Assembly (NCBI RefSeq): GCF_025643275.1
Contig: NZ_CP089977.1
Span: 1,740,001-1,772,000, forward strand
Reading direction: 5' to 3'
Length of the DNA stretch: 32,000 nucleotides
DNA from: Moraxella nasicaprae
Lineage (GTDB): Bacteria > Pseudomonadota > Gammaproteobacteria > Pseudomonadales > Moraxellaceae
Shown here: in pieces, positions 7,153 to 16,053 of the stretch
How the letters are laid out: every line of letters begins with the position of its first letter
How positions within the stretch are numbered: the first letter of the stretch is position 1
Notes under the pieces: model-generated
Told to the model about the DNA's origin: nothing
Seen by the model: only the letters and a program-made list of their open reading frames with translations
Databases searched by the model: none
Program-made: the position numbers and the translations under genes

Positions 7153-8234
7153 CCTCATCAAAAGTGGGCGTGTTTGCCCGCTTATGTACCGACACATACT
7201 TTTGTAAACTCCCCCAACTTCTGTGCAGACTGACCGACTGGATTTGGGGGATTGTCATTCCAGTTTCGGCAAGTCGTGTACAGGCTTCGTGCCGTAAGTC
7301 GTGAAAATGCAAATCATCAATGCCAAGTAAATGACAGGCTTCTGTGAATAATTTACTTATTATCTTATGGCTTTCTGCCACCAAATAAGTGTCATTGGCG
7401 GTATGCTGTTTTAAAAGCTCAATGATTTGCCTTGCTTCTGGCAATACTGTAAATTTTTGATGGTTGCCAGCACTTCCTTTGGGGTTTTTGACATCTCGCA
7501 CCACAAACACATCGCCCAAATCGTCCGCCAGTTCTAGGCGGGTAATTTCGGCTTGCCGTCTGCCCGACAATAAGGCAAACCACATAATCAGGTGCATTGC
7601 CACACCGCCATTTTGCCATTTTTGATCAAAATGGGCAGTTAATTTAATCAACTCATCACTCGTTGGCAAGCGGTCTCGTTTATTGCTTGGTGCGACATTG
7701 CGAGTCTTTTTAAGCTGTTTTAAAGCTCGTTTTAGGGCGTTCATATCCAATTCCACCCCCCCACATAATTTCTGCGTGGTCTAGCACGCCAAAAAGGTAA
7801 GTAAATTCCGCCCCAAGCGTGGCAGGGGTGGTGGGGTCAAGGGCAAGCGACTTTACGCCAGTTTTACGCAGATTGGCGTGGTCGGTGATGTCAAGGGGAC
7901 TAATGGCGGTCAAAGGCAACTTGCTAATGGGAAATTTTTGCAAAAGCCTTAGGGCGTGCATTTTTGAGCGCCCAAAGCCTGCCCCAAGCTCGCTAATATA
8001 ACGGTCAATTGCATCGCTAACCGTCAAATCATCGCTGATGCCTTTTGCCCCAAACAAGAGTTTTGGATTGTCTTTTAATTCTTGTTCTCGCTTGGCTATC
8101 CACGCCTGAGCGAGTTTTTTTGTGCCAAAATTGGCAGATTCTCGGTAGGGCGGAAAACCTTGCTTACCGATACGAATTTCGGCATAATAACGACTGATAC
8201 CGTCTTTATTTTTGCGTGTGCGAATGCTACCCAT
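7127..8234 (-). pseudogene. int: dusA-associated tyrosine integrase, split by a 1-nt frameshift in a G7 homopolymer
   Basis: Track ORFs 7710-8234 (N-terminal SAM-like part) and 7127-7756 (catalytic part: LLSGRRQAEI, HDLRHEA, LQKYV Tyr) overlap in different frames. Removing one G from the run at 7756-7762 joins them as ...EIMWGVELDMNAL.... Confidence 0.85.
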
Positions 8235-8357
8235 TTTGATGACCTTTGATGATAATTTTACGCAAATTTTCCGTAAAAACTACAAAAATAATCAAAAACC
8301 CGCTAAAATCATCCAAAGTAATTTAAAATCGAAACCTTATAAAAGGCTTATATATCA

Positions 8358-9344
8358 ATGCTTTCCCTACAAAATCATTTAAAATCAAATACTAAAAGAA
8401 TATCGGTTGCTCCGATGATTGACTGGACAAGCAGTCATTATCGTACCTTTGCACGGCTGTTTAATCCTAACATTTATCTTTATACCGAGATGATTAGCAC
8501 GGGGGCGATTTTAAAGGGAGATACCGCTCATCATTTGCGTTTTTTTGATAATGAACCGCCTCTTGTGCTACAACTTGGCGGAAGTAATCCTACCGAGCTT
8601 GCTCAATGTGCCAAACTTGGGCAAGACTACGGTTATACTGAAATTAACCTAAATGTCGGTTGCCCCTCCGACCGTGTCCAGTTTAATAAAATTGGGGCGT
8701 GCTTGATGGCAGAAGCTTCCCTTGTGGCGGACTGTGTCAAGGCGATGAAAGATAATTGCGATTTGCCTGTTACCGTCAAGCACAGGATTGGCATTGATAA
8801 TTTTGACAGTTATGAATTTATGCGTGATTTTGTGGGGACGGTGGCAGAGACTGGTTGTACGCATTTTATTGTTCACGCTAGGATTGCGATTTTAAACGGC
8901 TTATCGCCCAAAGAAAACCGTGAAATTCCGCCCCTGCGTTATGATGATGTTTATCGTTTAAAACAAGAATTTCCAGAGCTTTTTATAGAAATCAATGGTG
9001 GCATTAAAACCCTTGATGAAATCAAAACGCACCTAAATTTCGTAGACGGCGTGATGATTGGGCGAGAGTTTTATCACAATCCAATGCTGTTGGGGCAATG
9101 CAATGAACTTTGGGGTAGGCAAGCACCCACCCATCAAGAAATTTTTGATAAACTTTTGATTTTATTAGAAAATTTTGAAAAAACGGGCGTGCCATTGACA
9201 CTTGTGATGAGGCACTATTTGGGGCTATTTCAAGGTTTGGCAGGCTCTCGCAAATGGCGACAGGCATTAAGTGGGCAAAAATCTTTAAGCCTATCACAAA
9301 TTGAGCAAGCAGGGCGAGCGGTACTTGCTCAAAATGCAGGCTGA
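8358..9344 (+). CDS. dusA: tRNA-dihydrouridine(20/20a) synthase DusA
   Basis: 328 aa. SVAPMIDWTSSHYR, LYTEMISTGAI, LQLGGSNP, EINLNVGCPSDRV, HARIAILNGLSPKENREIPPL and GLFQGLAGSRKWRQ are collinear with E. coli DusA. Confidence 0.9.
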   Translation: MLSLQNHLKSNTKRISVAPMIDWTSSHYRTFARLFNPNIYLYTEMISTGAILKGDTAHHLRFFDNEPPLVLQLGGSNPTELAQCAKLGQDYGYTEINLNVGCPSDRVQFNKIGACLMAEASLVADCVKAMKDNCDLPVTVKHRIGIDNFDSYEFMRDFVGTVAETGCTHFIVHARIAILNGLSPKENREIPPLRYDDVYRLKQEFPELFIEINGGIKTLDEIKTHLNFVDGVMIGREFYHNPMLLGQCNELWGRQAPTHQEIFDKLLILLENFEKTGVPLTLVMRHYLGLFQGLAGSRKWRQALSGQKSLSLSQIEQAGRAVLAQNAG

Positions 9345-9363
9345 TGCTTTTTGTATTGTCTGA

Positions 9364-10041
9364 TTAAGTATATGTCCACAGCACCCATGCCAGCACCCAA
9401 GTGTTATTGATGGCGTGCAAAATGATGGGCAAAATGAGTGAATTGGCATAATGGCGAGCTGCACCAAATACCCATGATAACATCAGCACCAACCCCATTT
9501 CGATGGGCTGGTATTGCAGATGAATGATGGCAAACAAAAAGCCGTTGAAGAGTATCATCAACCAAGGGCGATATCCCAACAGGCGTTCGCCGATTTGCCA
9601 TAACAATCCACGAAAAATCAGCTCCTCATAAATGGGTACAGCCACGCCAACCGCCAGCCATAAAAGCCAGCTTGGCGTATTAAATAAAAATGGCAATATA
9701 AAATCGTGCGATGTCAAAGAAAAATACTGCCCAATCATCTGGCTAATGACCCCAACCATCAGCAGTAGTGCCAAAAATACCATCAAAAGTTTTGGCGAAA
9801 ATTTTTGTAATGCCAAATATTGTTTGGTGTTACGACCTGTTTGATTAAGCCAGAACAAAGTGAGTGCCAGCAGACTACCTGCCGTACCCATCAGCGTTAG
9901 GCACAGCAGTACGCCACCACTAAATAAGCCTTGGGTAAGATGTTGTAATCCGATTGCCCAAATACTCTGCACAAACAACATGAATATGGGTAGCATGATG
10001 AGTGCAACATAGTATTTGGCACGCATTGATGATGTCGTCAT
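9364..10041 (-). CDS. CPBP-family (CAAX/Abi) intramembrane metalloprotease
   Basis: 225-aa polytopic membrane protein with EELIFRGLL, FAIIHL and ILHAINN motifs. Its start overlaps the upstream hydrolase stop (ATGA). Confidence 0.8.
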   Translation of the reverse strand: MTTSSMRAKYYVALIMLPIFMLFVQSIWAIGLQHLTQGLFSGGVLLCLTLMGTAGSLLALTLFWLNQTGRNTKQYLALQKFSPKLLMVFLALLLMVGVISQMIGQYFSLTSHDFILPFLFNTPSWLLWLAVGVAVPIYEELIFRGLLWQIGERLLGYRPWLMILFNGFLFAIIHLQYQPIEMGLVLMLSWVFGAARHYANSLILPIILHAINNTWVLAWVLWTYT

Positions 10042-10925
10042 GGTGTTATCTGACTGGCGATGGCTTGTAAAATCTGTGTGGCACAGGCATCAGGATATTC
10101 TAAGGGAAACAGATGTGAACCTGCCACAGTTTGAATATGTAGCCCATCTTTGGTCAGTGTGCGATATGAACCCATCTGACTAAAATGACTGTCTGCACCA
10201 ACAATCATCTGCACAGGGCGAGCGGGACGAATGGATTTTAGCCAGTATAATGATGGAATGGTGCGAAAAATGGCCACTTCTGTCATTTTTGGTATGGTTA
10301 AAGTTGCCGTGCCGTCTGCTTGTGTTGTCAAACCGTATTTAATATAATTGGCAAAACATCGTTCATCAAATTTGGCGAATAATGGTTTTGATTTAAGGGC
10401 TTGATAAGCAATCTCTTTGCTGGCAAAATGCTCTTTGCGGTATTTGGATTTTTTGGCAGGCGAAAGTTTATCAATCAGATGGTGTGGTTTATCCAGCCAG
10501 CGAGCCATTGGTTTGTCCAGCCACTTGGCAAGCTCATAAATCAAGCTGTTTTTATCGGTTAAGATTGAAGGGTCGAGTAGCACTGCCTGACTAATGGGCT
10601 TGGGATTGGCAATCAAAGACTGCAAAGAAGTTACCGCACCAACCGAATGACCAACCACAACCACTGTTGGTACTTGATGTTTATCGCAAGCGTCCAAAAT
10701 GCCATCTGCAACCTGACGAGTCAAACTTTGCCAATGATTATCCACAGGATAATTGGGGTGCGTACCCAGATAAGAGAGTGTCTCGATGGTAAAATGATGA
10801 GCAAGCGTATCTAAGATTGGCTGATAACATTCATTGACAAAGCCATTGGCATGAGCAAAATGCAGCACAGGTTTGCCTGTCATGGCGGATTTTGGCAACT
10901 TGGCAAAAACTTGGTAATGATTCAT
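10038..10925 (-). CDS. Alpha/beta-fold hydrolase
   Basis: GHSVGA nucleophile elbow after a beta-strand (VVVVGHSVGA) and a C-terminal GSHLFPLE His motif. The ATG at 10925 with AGGTG RBS is preferred over the track's GTG at 10934. Confidence 0.75.
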   Translation of the reverse strand: MNHYQVFAKLPKSAMTGKPVLHFAHANGFVNECYQPILDTLAHHFTIETLSYLGTHPNYPVDNHWQSLTRQVADGILDACDKHQVPTVVVVGHSVGAVTSLQSLIANPKPISQAVLLDPSILTDKNSLIYELAKWLDKPMARWLDKPHHLIDKLSPAKKSKYRKEHFASKEIAYQALKSKPLFAKFDERCFANYIKYGLTTQADGTATLTIPKMTEVAIFRTIPSLYWLKSIRPARPVQMIVGADSHFSQMGSYRTLTKDGLHIQTVAGSHLFPLEYPDACATQILQAIASQITP

Positions 10926-11076
10926 AATAAGCACCTATTAAGTAGTGTTTTAGCATAACCAATTTTGGTGATTTTTACCAGCGGTATTGTCAGATGCTTG
11001 CATCGGTTTTATTCAAATAATGTGCGAAATTTGTACGAAGTTTTACGCTTGGTAACACAATAACAACAAAGGATTG

Positions 11077-11085
11077 TGCTATAAT
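11077..11085 (+). promoter_or_regulatory. Extended -10 promoter candidate for glmM
   Basis: TGcTATAAT lies 50 nt upstream of the glmM ATG. The -35 is weak (ACAATA). Confidence 0.4.
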
Positions 11086-11134
11086 TTGGTGATGAATTTG
11101 ACTGTTTAGTCGTTGATTTATAAGGAAAATTTTT

Positions 11135-12493
11135 ATGAGTTATTTTGGTACTGATGGCATTCGTGGGCAGTTTGGCACTTTTCCTATTACTCCTGATTTT
11201 TTATTGCGTCTTGGTTTTGGTGCAGGGCGTGTTTTGGTGGCAAACAACACTCACAAAAAACGCCCAAGCGTCTTGATTGGTAAGGACACTCGTCTATCAG
11301 GCTATGTGATTGAGGCGGCATTGCAAGCAGGGTTTAATGCTGCTGGTGTTGATGTGTATATGCTTGGACCATTGCCAACACCTGCGATTGCTCATTTGGT
11401 TAAGAGCTTTCATGCGGACATGGGCGTGGTTATCTCAGCATCGCATAATCCTTATCAGGATAATGGCGTGAAGTTTTTCTCACACGAAGGCAAAAAAATC
11501 TCCGATGAGCTACAAGACGCCATCAATGTTGAGCTAGATGCATTGGTGGGCGATACCGATGCCAGACTGTCCCGATTGCAAGGCATTAAGGCTGATTCTA
11601 TTGGTAAAAATCATCGTGTTGCCGATGCCAAAGGTCGTTACATTGAATATTGCAAAGGCAGTTTCCCATACCATTATGATTTATCCGACCTAAAAATCGT
11701 GGTTGATTGTGCCAACGGTGCAGGATATAGCGTTGCTCCACGAGTGCTAAGAGAGCTGGGTGCAGAAGTCATTGCCATTCACAATACCCCAGATGGCATC
11801 AACATCAATGATAACTGTGGCTCAACACACCCAGAAGTCTTACAAGCTGCCGTCAAAGAACATGGTGCAACGGTGGGTCTTGCCCTAGATGGCGATGGCG
11901 ACCGCATCATCATGTGCGATGAGTATGGCAATATTGTCGATGGCGATGGTATTTTGTATGTGCTTGCCAAACATCTACGACCTGCTGGCGTGGTAGGGAC
12001 TTTGATGAGTAATGTGGCATTGGAGCTGGCATTGGCAGAGCAGGGCATTGGTTTTCATCGTGCCAAAGTGGGCGACCGCTATGTGATGCAAGACCTTGAA
12101 GCACATGGCTGGACGATTGGTGGTGAACCGTCAGGGCATATTTTGTGCCTAGATAAGAGTCGCACAGGCGATGCAATTGTGGCGGCATTACAGGTATTGT
12201 CTTGCATGGCAGAAACTGGCAAAAAACTTAGCGAGCTGACCGCAGGCTATACACCATTTCCACAGACGCTCATCAATGTGCGTCTTGGTCAGATGAGCGA
12301 CCCTTATGCCAATGATGAGCTGACTGCCTTGTTTGATAAAGCTGAACAAGAGTTGTCTGGTCAGGGTAGATTGCTGATTCGCAAATCAGGTACAGAGCCT
12401 GTCATTCGTGTGATGATTGAGCATCAAGATGCCGATACTGCCAAGCGTATCGCCAGCGAACTTGCCTCTCATATTGAGCGAGTATTGGGCTAA
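11135..12493 (+). CDS. glmM: Phosphoglucosamine mutase
   Basis: 452 aa. [11 protein letters not shown] start, active-site [17 protein letters not shown] metal loop, GEPSGH. AAGGAA RBS. Confidence 0.95.
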   Translation: MSYFGTDGIRGQFGTFPITPDFLLRLGFGAGRVLVANNTHKKRPSVLIGKDTRLSGYVIEAALQAGFNAAGVDVYMLGPLPTPAIAHLVKSFHADMGVVISASHNPYQDNGVKFFSHEGKKISDELQDAINVELDALVGDTDARLSRLQGIKADSIGKNHRVADAKGRYIEYCKGSFPYHYDLSDLKIVVDCANGAGYSVAPRVLRELGAEVIAIHNTPDGININDNCGSTHPEVLQAAVKEHGATVGLALDGDGDRIIMCDEYGNIVDGDGILYVLAKHLRPAGVVGTLMSNVALELALAEQGIGFHRAKVGDRYVMQDLEAHGWTIGGEPSGHILCLDKSRTGDAIVAALQVLSCMAETGKKLSELTAGYTPFPQTLINVRLGQMSDPYANDELTALFDKAEQELSGQGRLLIRKSGTEPVIRVMIEHQDADTAKRIASELASHIERVLG

Positions 12494-12514
12494 GTCCAGT
12501 TAGTCCGACCCGAC

Positions 12515-12555
12515 AAAAAATCCAGATGAATGCTAAGGCAACGCTGGATTTTTTT
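12515..12555 (+). terminator. Possible terminator after glmM
   Basis: AAAAAATCCAG (12515-12525) pairs with CTGGATTTTTT (12544-12554) around an 18-nt loop and runs into a T tract. The stem is AT-rich, so it is weak. Confidence 0.35.
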
Positions 12556-12834
12556 GTGCTAAGTACATCATTGAGCGAGGAATCATTGCTGGCAAATGGT
12601 TTGGTCATCATGATGGCATTGGATTGATTTTGCTGGATAATTCGCCCATCTTATCTACCCCAAGATGAGCTGATAAACAGTAAGAAAAGCGGTTTGATTG
12701 CCATCATTGGTCATGTTTGCTGACACTGTGCTTTTTTAATCCATTGCTAAAAATTCATCATATTTTGCTTGATTTTGATGTATAATTAGCCAGCAATGAT
12801 TTTTTTTGATGACATTGACAATCAGAGGTGTAAG

Positions 12835-13470
12835 ATGGATTTGACAGACGCACGACTTTCTTATGAAAAGCATGTTTTGCCTGATGAGGGCTTACCAGCC
12901 ACGCCATTTGACCTATTTCGTACTTGGTTTGATGAAGCGATGGTACAGCAGTTACCAGAGCCGTACACAATGAGTCTTGCTACCTGTGGGGCGGATAATC
13001 GTCCAAGTGTTCGTATTGTCTTGATGCGTGAATTGACCGCTCAGGGCGTGGTGTTTTATACCAATTATGACAGTGCCAAAGGACAGGCGATTGATGAAAA
13101 TCCTTATGGCGAAGCATTGTTTTTTTGGCAAGGATTGGAGCGACAAGTACGACTAAGCGGTCGCATTGTCAAGATTGACGCTCAAAAATCTGCTGATTAT
13201 TTTGCCAAACGCCCCATTGAAAGTCAGCTTGGTGCGTGGGTCAGTCAGCCCCAAAGTGGCGTGATTGCCAATCGTGCCGTGATGGAGCAACGCTATGATG
13301 AGCTTGCCAAGCAGTTTGGTCAGAGTGTGCCTTATCCAGAGTTTTGGGGTGGGTATGAACTAATCATCGATAAGGCGGAGTTTTGGCAAGGGCGGGCGGG
13401 GCGAATGCATGACCGCATCGTGTATCAGGCTGACAATCACGGCTGGCAGATTAGTCGATTGCTACCTTGA
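12835..13470 (+). CDS. pdxH: Pyridoxamine/pyridoxine 5'-phosphate oxidase
   Basis: Collinear with E. coli PdxH (VFYTNYDSAKG, LERQVRLSG, IESQLGAWVSQPQS, FWGGY, EFWQGRAGRMHDR). The ATG at 12835 with AGAGGTG RBS is preferred over the track start at 12796. Confidence 0.9.
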   Translation: MDLTDARLSYEKHVLPDEGLPATPFDLFRTWFDEAMVQQLPEPYTMSLATCGADNRPSVRIVLMRELTAQGVVFYTNYDSAKGQAIDENPYGEALFFWQGLERQVRLSGRIVKIDAQKSADYFAKRPIESQLGAWVSQPQSGVIANRAVMEQRYDELAKQFGQSVPYPEFWGGYELIIDKAEFWQGRAGRMHDRIVYQADNHGWQISRLLP

Positions 13471-13714
13471 TGTCTTGATGGCGGTGTTGTTGTCTGTTTT
13501 GTCATTATTTGTTACAATTTTGGCAAATATTACCCAAAAAATCGCCAAGACCTAGATTTAGCAACAAATCTGTGTGATGATTTGCATTTATCCTATGGAT
13601 TGCAACATAAAAAACTGGCACAATACGCTCATATCCCACGCAGATATTGAAAATTTGACCAAGCATTACTTTCATTATCCGCTTTTTTAATGATGCAATC
13701 ATCGTGGAGAAATT

Positions 13715-14386
13715 ATGAAAAATACAACAATCCGTGCATTGGCGTTCAATGCTATTACCGCCATCACTGCTGTGGCAGCAATCAGTACACCATCTTTGAT
13801 GGCAGTCGCTGCTCAATCGATGACTGCCGCCAGTCAAGATGACGCTGCCAAAAACCTAAATCGACTATTGACCAACACCAAATCCATGTCAGCAAGTTTT
13901 AGCCAAACAACCAAAGCTGGCAAAAAGACCACCAATTTTTCTGGTGTGATGAGTGTGCAACGCCAAAATCAATTTCGCTGGGAAACCAAACAGCCAGCCG
14001 AGCAGTTGATTGTTGCCAATGGTAGTACGCTATGGGTCTATGACAAAGATTTGCAACAAGTGACCAAGCAGTCAGTCAGCAACCAAGTGGGCGATACCCC
14101 AGCCTTGCTACTGTCTGGTAATCCTGCTCAAATCAGCCAAAACTTTAATATCAGTCAGCCTAATGCTGCCAAAAATTACTATGTCCTGACGCCAAAATCA
14201 GCCAATGCAAATTTTAAGAGCTTGACGCTAAGTTTCAATGGCGGTCGCCCTGTGATGATGGTGCTAAATGACAACATCGGTCAAGAAACAGTGATTCGTT
14301 TTAGCAATATCACGATGAATAAACGCATTGCCGCCAGTCAATTTGACTTTAAGCCACCTGCGGGCGTAGACATCATCAACCAATAA
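13715..14386 (+). CDS. lolA: Outer-membrane lipoprotein carrier protein LolA
   Basis: 223 aa. Signal peptide, then the LolA pattern (L..LL.....SMSASFSQT...GK......G.MSVQRQNQFRWE....AEQLIVANGSTLWVYDKDLQQV). GGAGA RBS. Confidence 0.85.
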   Translation: MKNTTIRALAFNAITAITAVAAISTPSLMAVAAQSMTAASQDDAAKNLNRLLTNTKSMSASFSQTTKAGKKTTNFSGVMSVQRQNQFRWETKQPAEQLIVANGSTLWVYDKDLQQVTKQSVSNQVGDTPALLLSGNPAQISQNFNISQPNAAKNYYVLTPKSANANFKSLTLSFNGGRPVMMVLNDNIGQETVIRFSNITMNKRIAASQFDFKPPAGVDIINQ

Positions 14387-14410
14387 GACAAACTGTGGCT
14401 TGATAACCAA

Positions 14411-14440
14411 AATCCCATCATGATTTGATGGGATTTTTTT
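14411..14440 (+). terminator. Rho-independent terminator after lolA
   Basis: AATCCCATCA (14411-14420), loop TGATT, TGATGGGATT (14426-14435), then TTTTT. Confidence 0.75.
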
Positions 14441-14522
14441 GTGAGGTGTTTTTTTGTAAACTGATGCGTTCAAAAATAATTTGTAAAAAATATCTTACCG
14501 AGTGCTGTGTTTTTGTAAATTG

Positions 14523-14531
14523 TGTTATAAT
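14523..14531 (+). promoter_or_regulatory. Extended -10 promoter candidate for the nuo operon
   Basis: TGtTATAAT lies 41 nt upstream of the nuoA ATG. There is no good -35. Confidence 0.45.
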
Positions 14532-14571
14532 AGTAGGGTTTTATAAAAGATAACAATCACAAGAGGTGATT

Positions 14572-15171
14572 ATGTTAGCCAATTGGTCAGCGATTGCATT
14601 TTTGCTAGCCGCCGCAGGGCTTGTGGTATTTATGTTGGTTGTGCCACGCTTATTAGGCGGGCGTTCGTCAGGTTCTCAAAAGCAGGAAACTTTTGAGGCT
14701 GGTGTCGTATCCGCAGGTTCGGCACGCATTAGATTGTCTGCCAAGTTTTATCTGGTGGCGATTTTTTTTGTTATTTTTGATTTAGAAGCCTTATTCTTAT
14801 ATGCGTATTCGGTCAGTGTTCGTGAGGTGAGCTGGGTTGGATTTGCTGCCGCTGCCACCTTTATTGCCATCTTGTTTGTCGGTCTGGTCTATGAGATGAG
14901 ATTGGGAGCGATGAATTGGGCACCTGCTGATAAACGCAAGAAAAAACCACGCATTTACACCAAACCAGAGGGATTTGATTTAGCCAGCATTACCGCCTTT
15001 AATGGTATTGATGAACTTCATTCTGACCCCACAGGCAAGGTTCCCGCTCAATCATCAGGTCGCATCAATGTCTCTAATGACATTGAAAAAAACAAAGCAC
15101 ACATGGCAAATATTGACCACATCAATAGCACAGGTCGTGTTACCACCCAAGATTTTAACCAAAAAACCTAA
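14572..15171 (+). CDS. nuoA: NADH-quinone oxidoreductase subunit A, with a long hydrophilic C-terminal extension
   Basis: The core FEAGV...GSARIRLSAKFYLVAIFFVIFDLEALFLY matches NuoA. The ATG at 14572 sits 5 nt after AAGAGG and is preferred over the GTG at 14566. Confidence 0.9.
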   Translation: MLANWSAIAFLLAAAGLVVFMLVVPRLLGGRSSGSQKQETFEAGVVSAGSARIRLSAKFYLVAIFFVIFDLEALFLYAYSVSVREVSWVGFAAAATFIAILFVGLVYEMRLGAMNWAPADKRKKKPRIYTKPEGFDLASITAFNGIDELHSDPTGKVPAQSSGRINVSNDIEKNKAHMANIDHINSTGRVTTQDFNQKT

Positions 15172-15283
15172 AAAAAGCGTTGCAGCTTGCCTGTGGCGTT
15201 TTTTCATTTTTATAAAAAAATCAAAAAGTGTAATTTAATAGCCAGATTTATCGAGCGATTTTGACAAACATCGGTTCTGTATT

Positions 15284-15955
15284 ATGAAATATACCCTAAC
15301 CAAAGCCAATCCAGAAGCAAATCAATACCCTAAGCAATCCAAAGAGTTGATTGATGACATTACCCAAGCTGAGATTGATAAGAATGTCTTTATGGGTAAA
15401 TTGTCCGATTTGACGCATGGTCTTGCCAACTGGGGACGCAAAAACTCATTGTGGCCGTTCAACTTTGGCACATCGTGCTGCTATGTGGAATATGCCACAA
15501 CTTTGACAGGCGTTCACGACTTGTCAAGATTTGGGGCAGAGGTCATTCGTGCCAGCCCTCGCCAAGCTGATGTGATGATTGTCGCTGGTACTTGTTTTGT
15601 CAAGATGGCACCTGTGATTTTGCGTCTATATGAGCAAATGCTAGAACCCAAATGGGTCATCTCGATGGGGGCGTGTGCCAACTCTGGCGGTATGTACGAC
15701 ATTTATTCGGTGGTGCAGGGTGTGGATAAAATCCTACCTGTTGATGTCTATATTCCAGGCTGTCCACCTCGCCCTGAGGCGGTCATTCAGGCATTGATGT
15801 TGCTACAAAATTCCATCACGCACGAACGCCGTCCTTTGGGCATTCATCTAAATGAGCAGGGCATCATTCAGCCTGTGATGACGCCAGAACGAGACCGAAA
15901 AAATGCCGACCGTATCGCTACTGTTAATTTGCGTAGCCAAGATGATGCGTTTTAG
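15284..15955 (+). CDS. nuoB: NADH-quinone oxidoreductase subunit B
   Basis: [36 protein letters not shown] and PGCPPRPEA (N2 cluster ligands). Confidence 0.95.
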   Translation: MKYTLTKANPEANQYPKQSKELIDDITQAEIDKNVFMGKLSDLTHGLANWGRKNSLWPFNFGTSCCYVEYATTLTGVHDLSRFGAEVIRASPRQADVMIVAGTCFVKMAPVILRLYEQMLEPKWVISMGACANSGGMYDIYSVVQGVDKILPVDVYIPGCPPRPEAVIQALMLLQNSITHERRPLGIHLNEQGIIQPVMTPERDRKNADRIATVNLRSQDDAF

Positions 15956-15963
15956 GTATTAAA

Positions 15964-15995
15964 TGTGTTTTTAGGATAACATTGTAGATTTGCAA
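15964..15995 (+). repeat. Copy A of a repeated nuo intergenic motif (nuoB-nuoCD spacer)
   Basis: TGTGTTTTTAGGATAA-CATTGTA-GATTTGCAA; compare copy B at 18450-18487. Confidence 0.6.
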
Positions 15996-16053
15996 CAACA
16001 GATAGGCAATCAGACAATCAGCTGCCAGTGAATATATAAAACAAGTTGTCATT

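Larger units (their letters stand above)
1..8420 (-). mobile_element. Integrase-proximal part of a degraded HK97-like prophage or capsid-encoding island integrated at the 5' end of dusA; the left boundary is outside the window and the right boundary is approximate
   Basis: Contiguous minus-strand head-morphogenesis genes, then a tyrosine integrase divergent from and 123 bp upstream of dusA. The terminase is truncated and the integrase frameshifted. No tail, lysis, replication or repressor genes are visible. Confidence 0.7.

Noticed and set aside
10480-10529. In-frame imperfect tandem duplication in the alpha/beta hydrolase (AKWLDKPM / ARWLDKPH)
   Set aside because: It is real in the sequence, but it looks like an old 24-nt duplication in a lid or insertion region. 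Nothing suggests a regulatory or mobile function.
12610-12708. 9-bp inverted repeat ATGATGGCA / TGCCATCAT in the 340-bp glmM-pdxH spacer, considered as a possible structured RNA
   Set aside because: A single 9-bp match separated by about 80 nt is within chance expectation for a spacer of this size, and I saw no supporting secondary structure or ORF.
12781-12786. TATAAT upstream of pdxH as a promoter -10 element
   Set aside because: There is no acceptable -35 at 16-18 nt and no TG extension, so this is too weak to report as a feature.
13616-13630. TGGCAC...GC resembling a sigma54 -24/-12 promoter upstream of lolA
   Set aside because: The GG-to-GC spacing is two nucleotides shorter than the consensus TGGCAC-N5-TTGC, and the TTGC element is missing.
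13505-13837. 110-aa minus-strand ORF spanning the pdxH-lolA spacer and the lolA signal-peptide region
   Set aside because: It overlaps the well-supported lolA start, is Cys/His-rich and low-complexity, and has no RBS.
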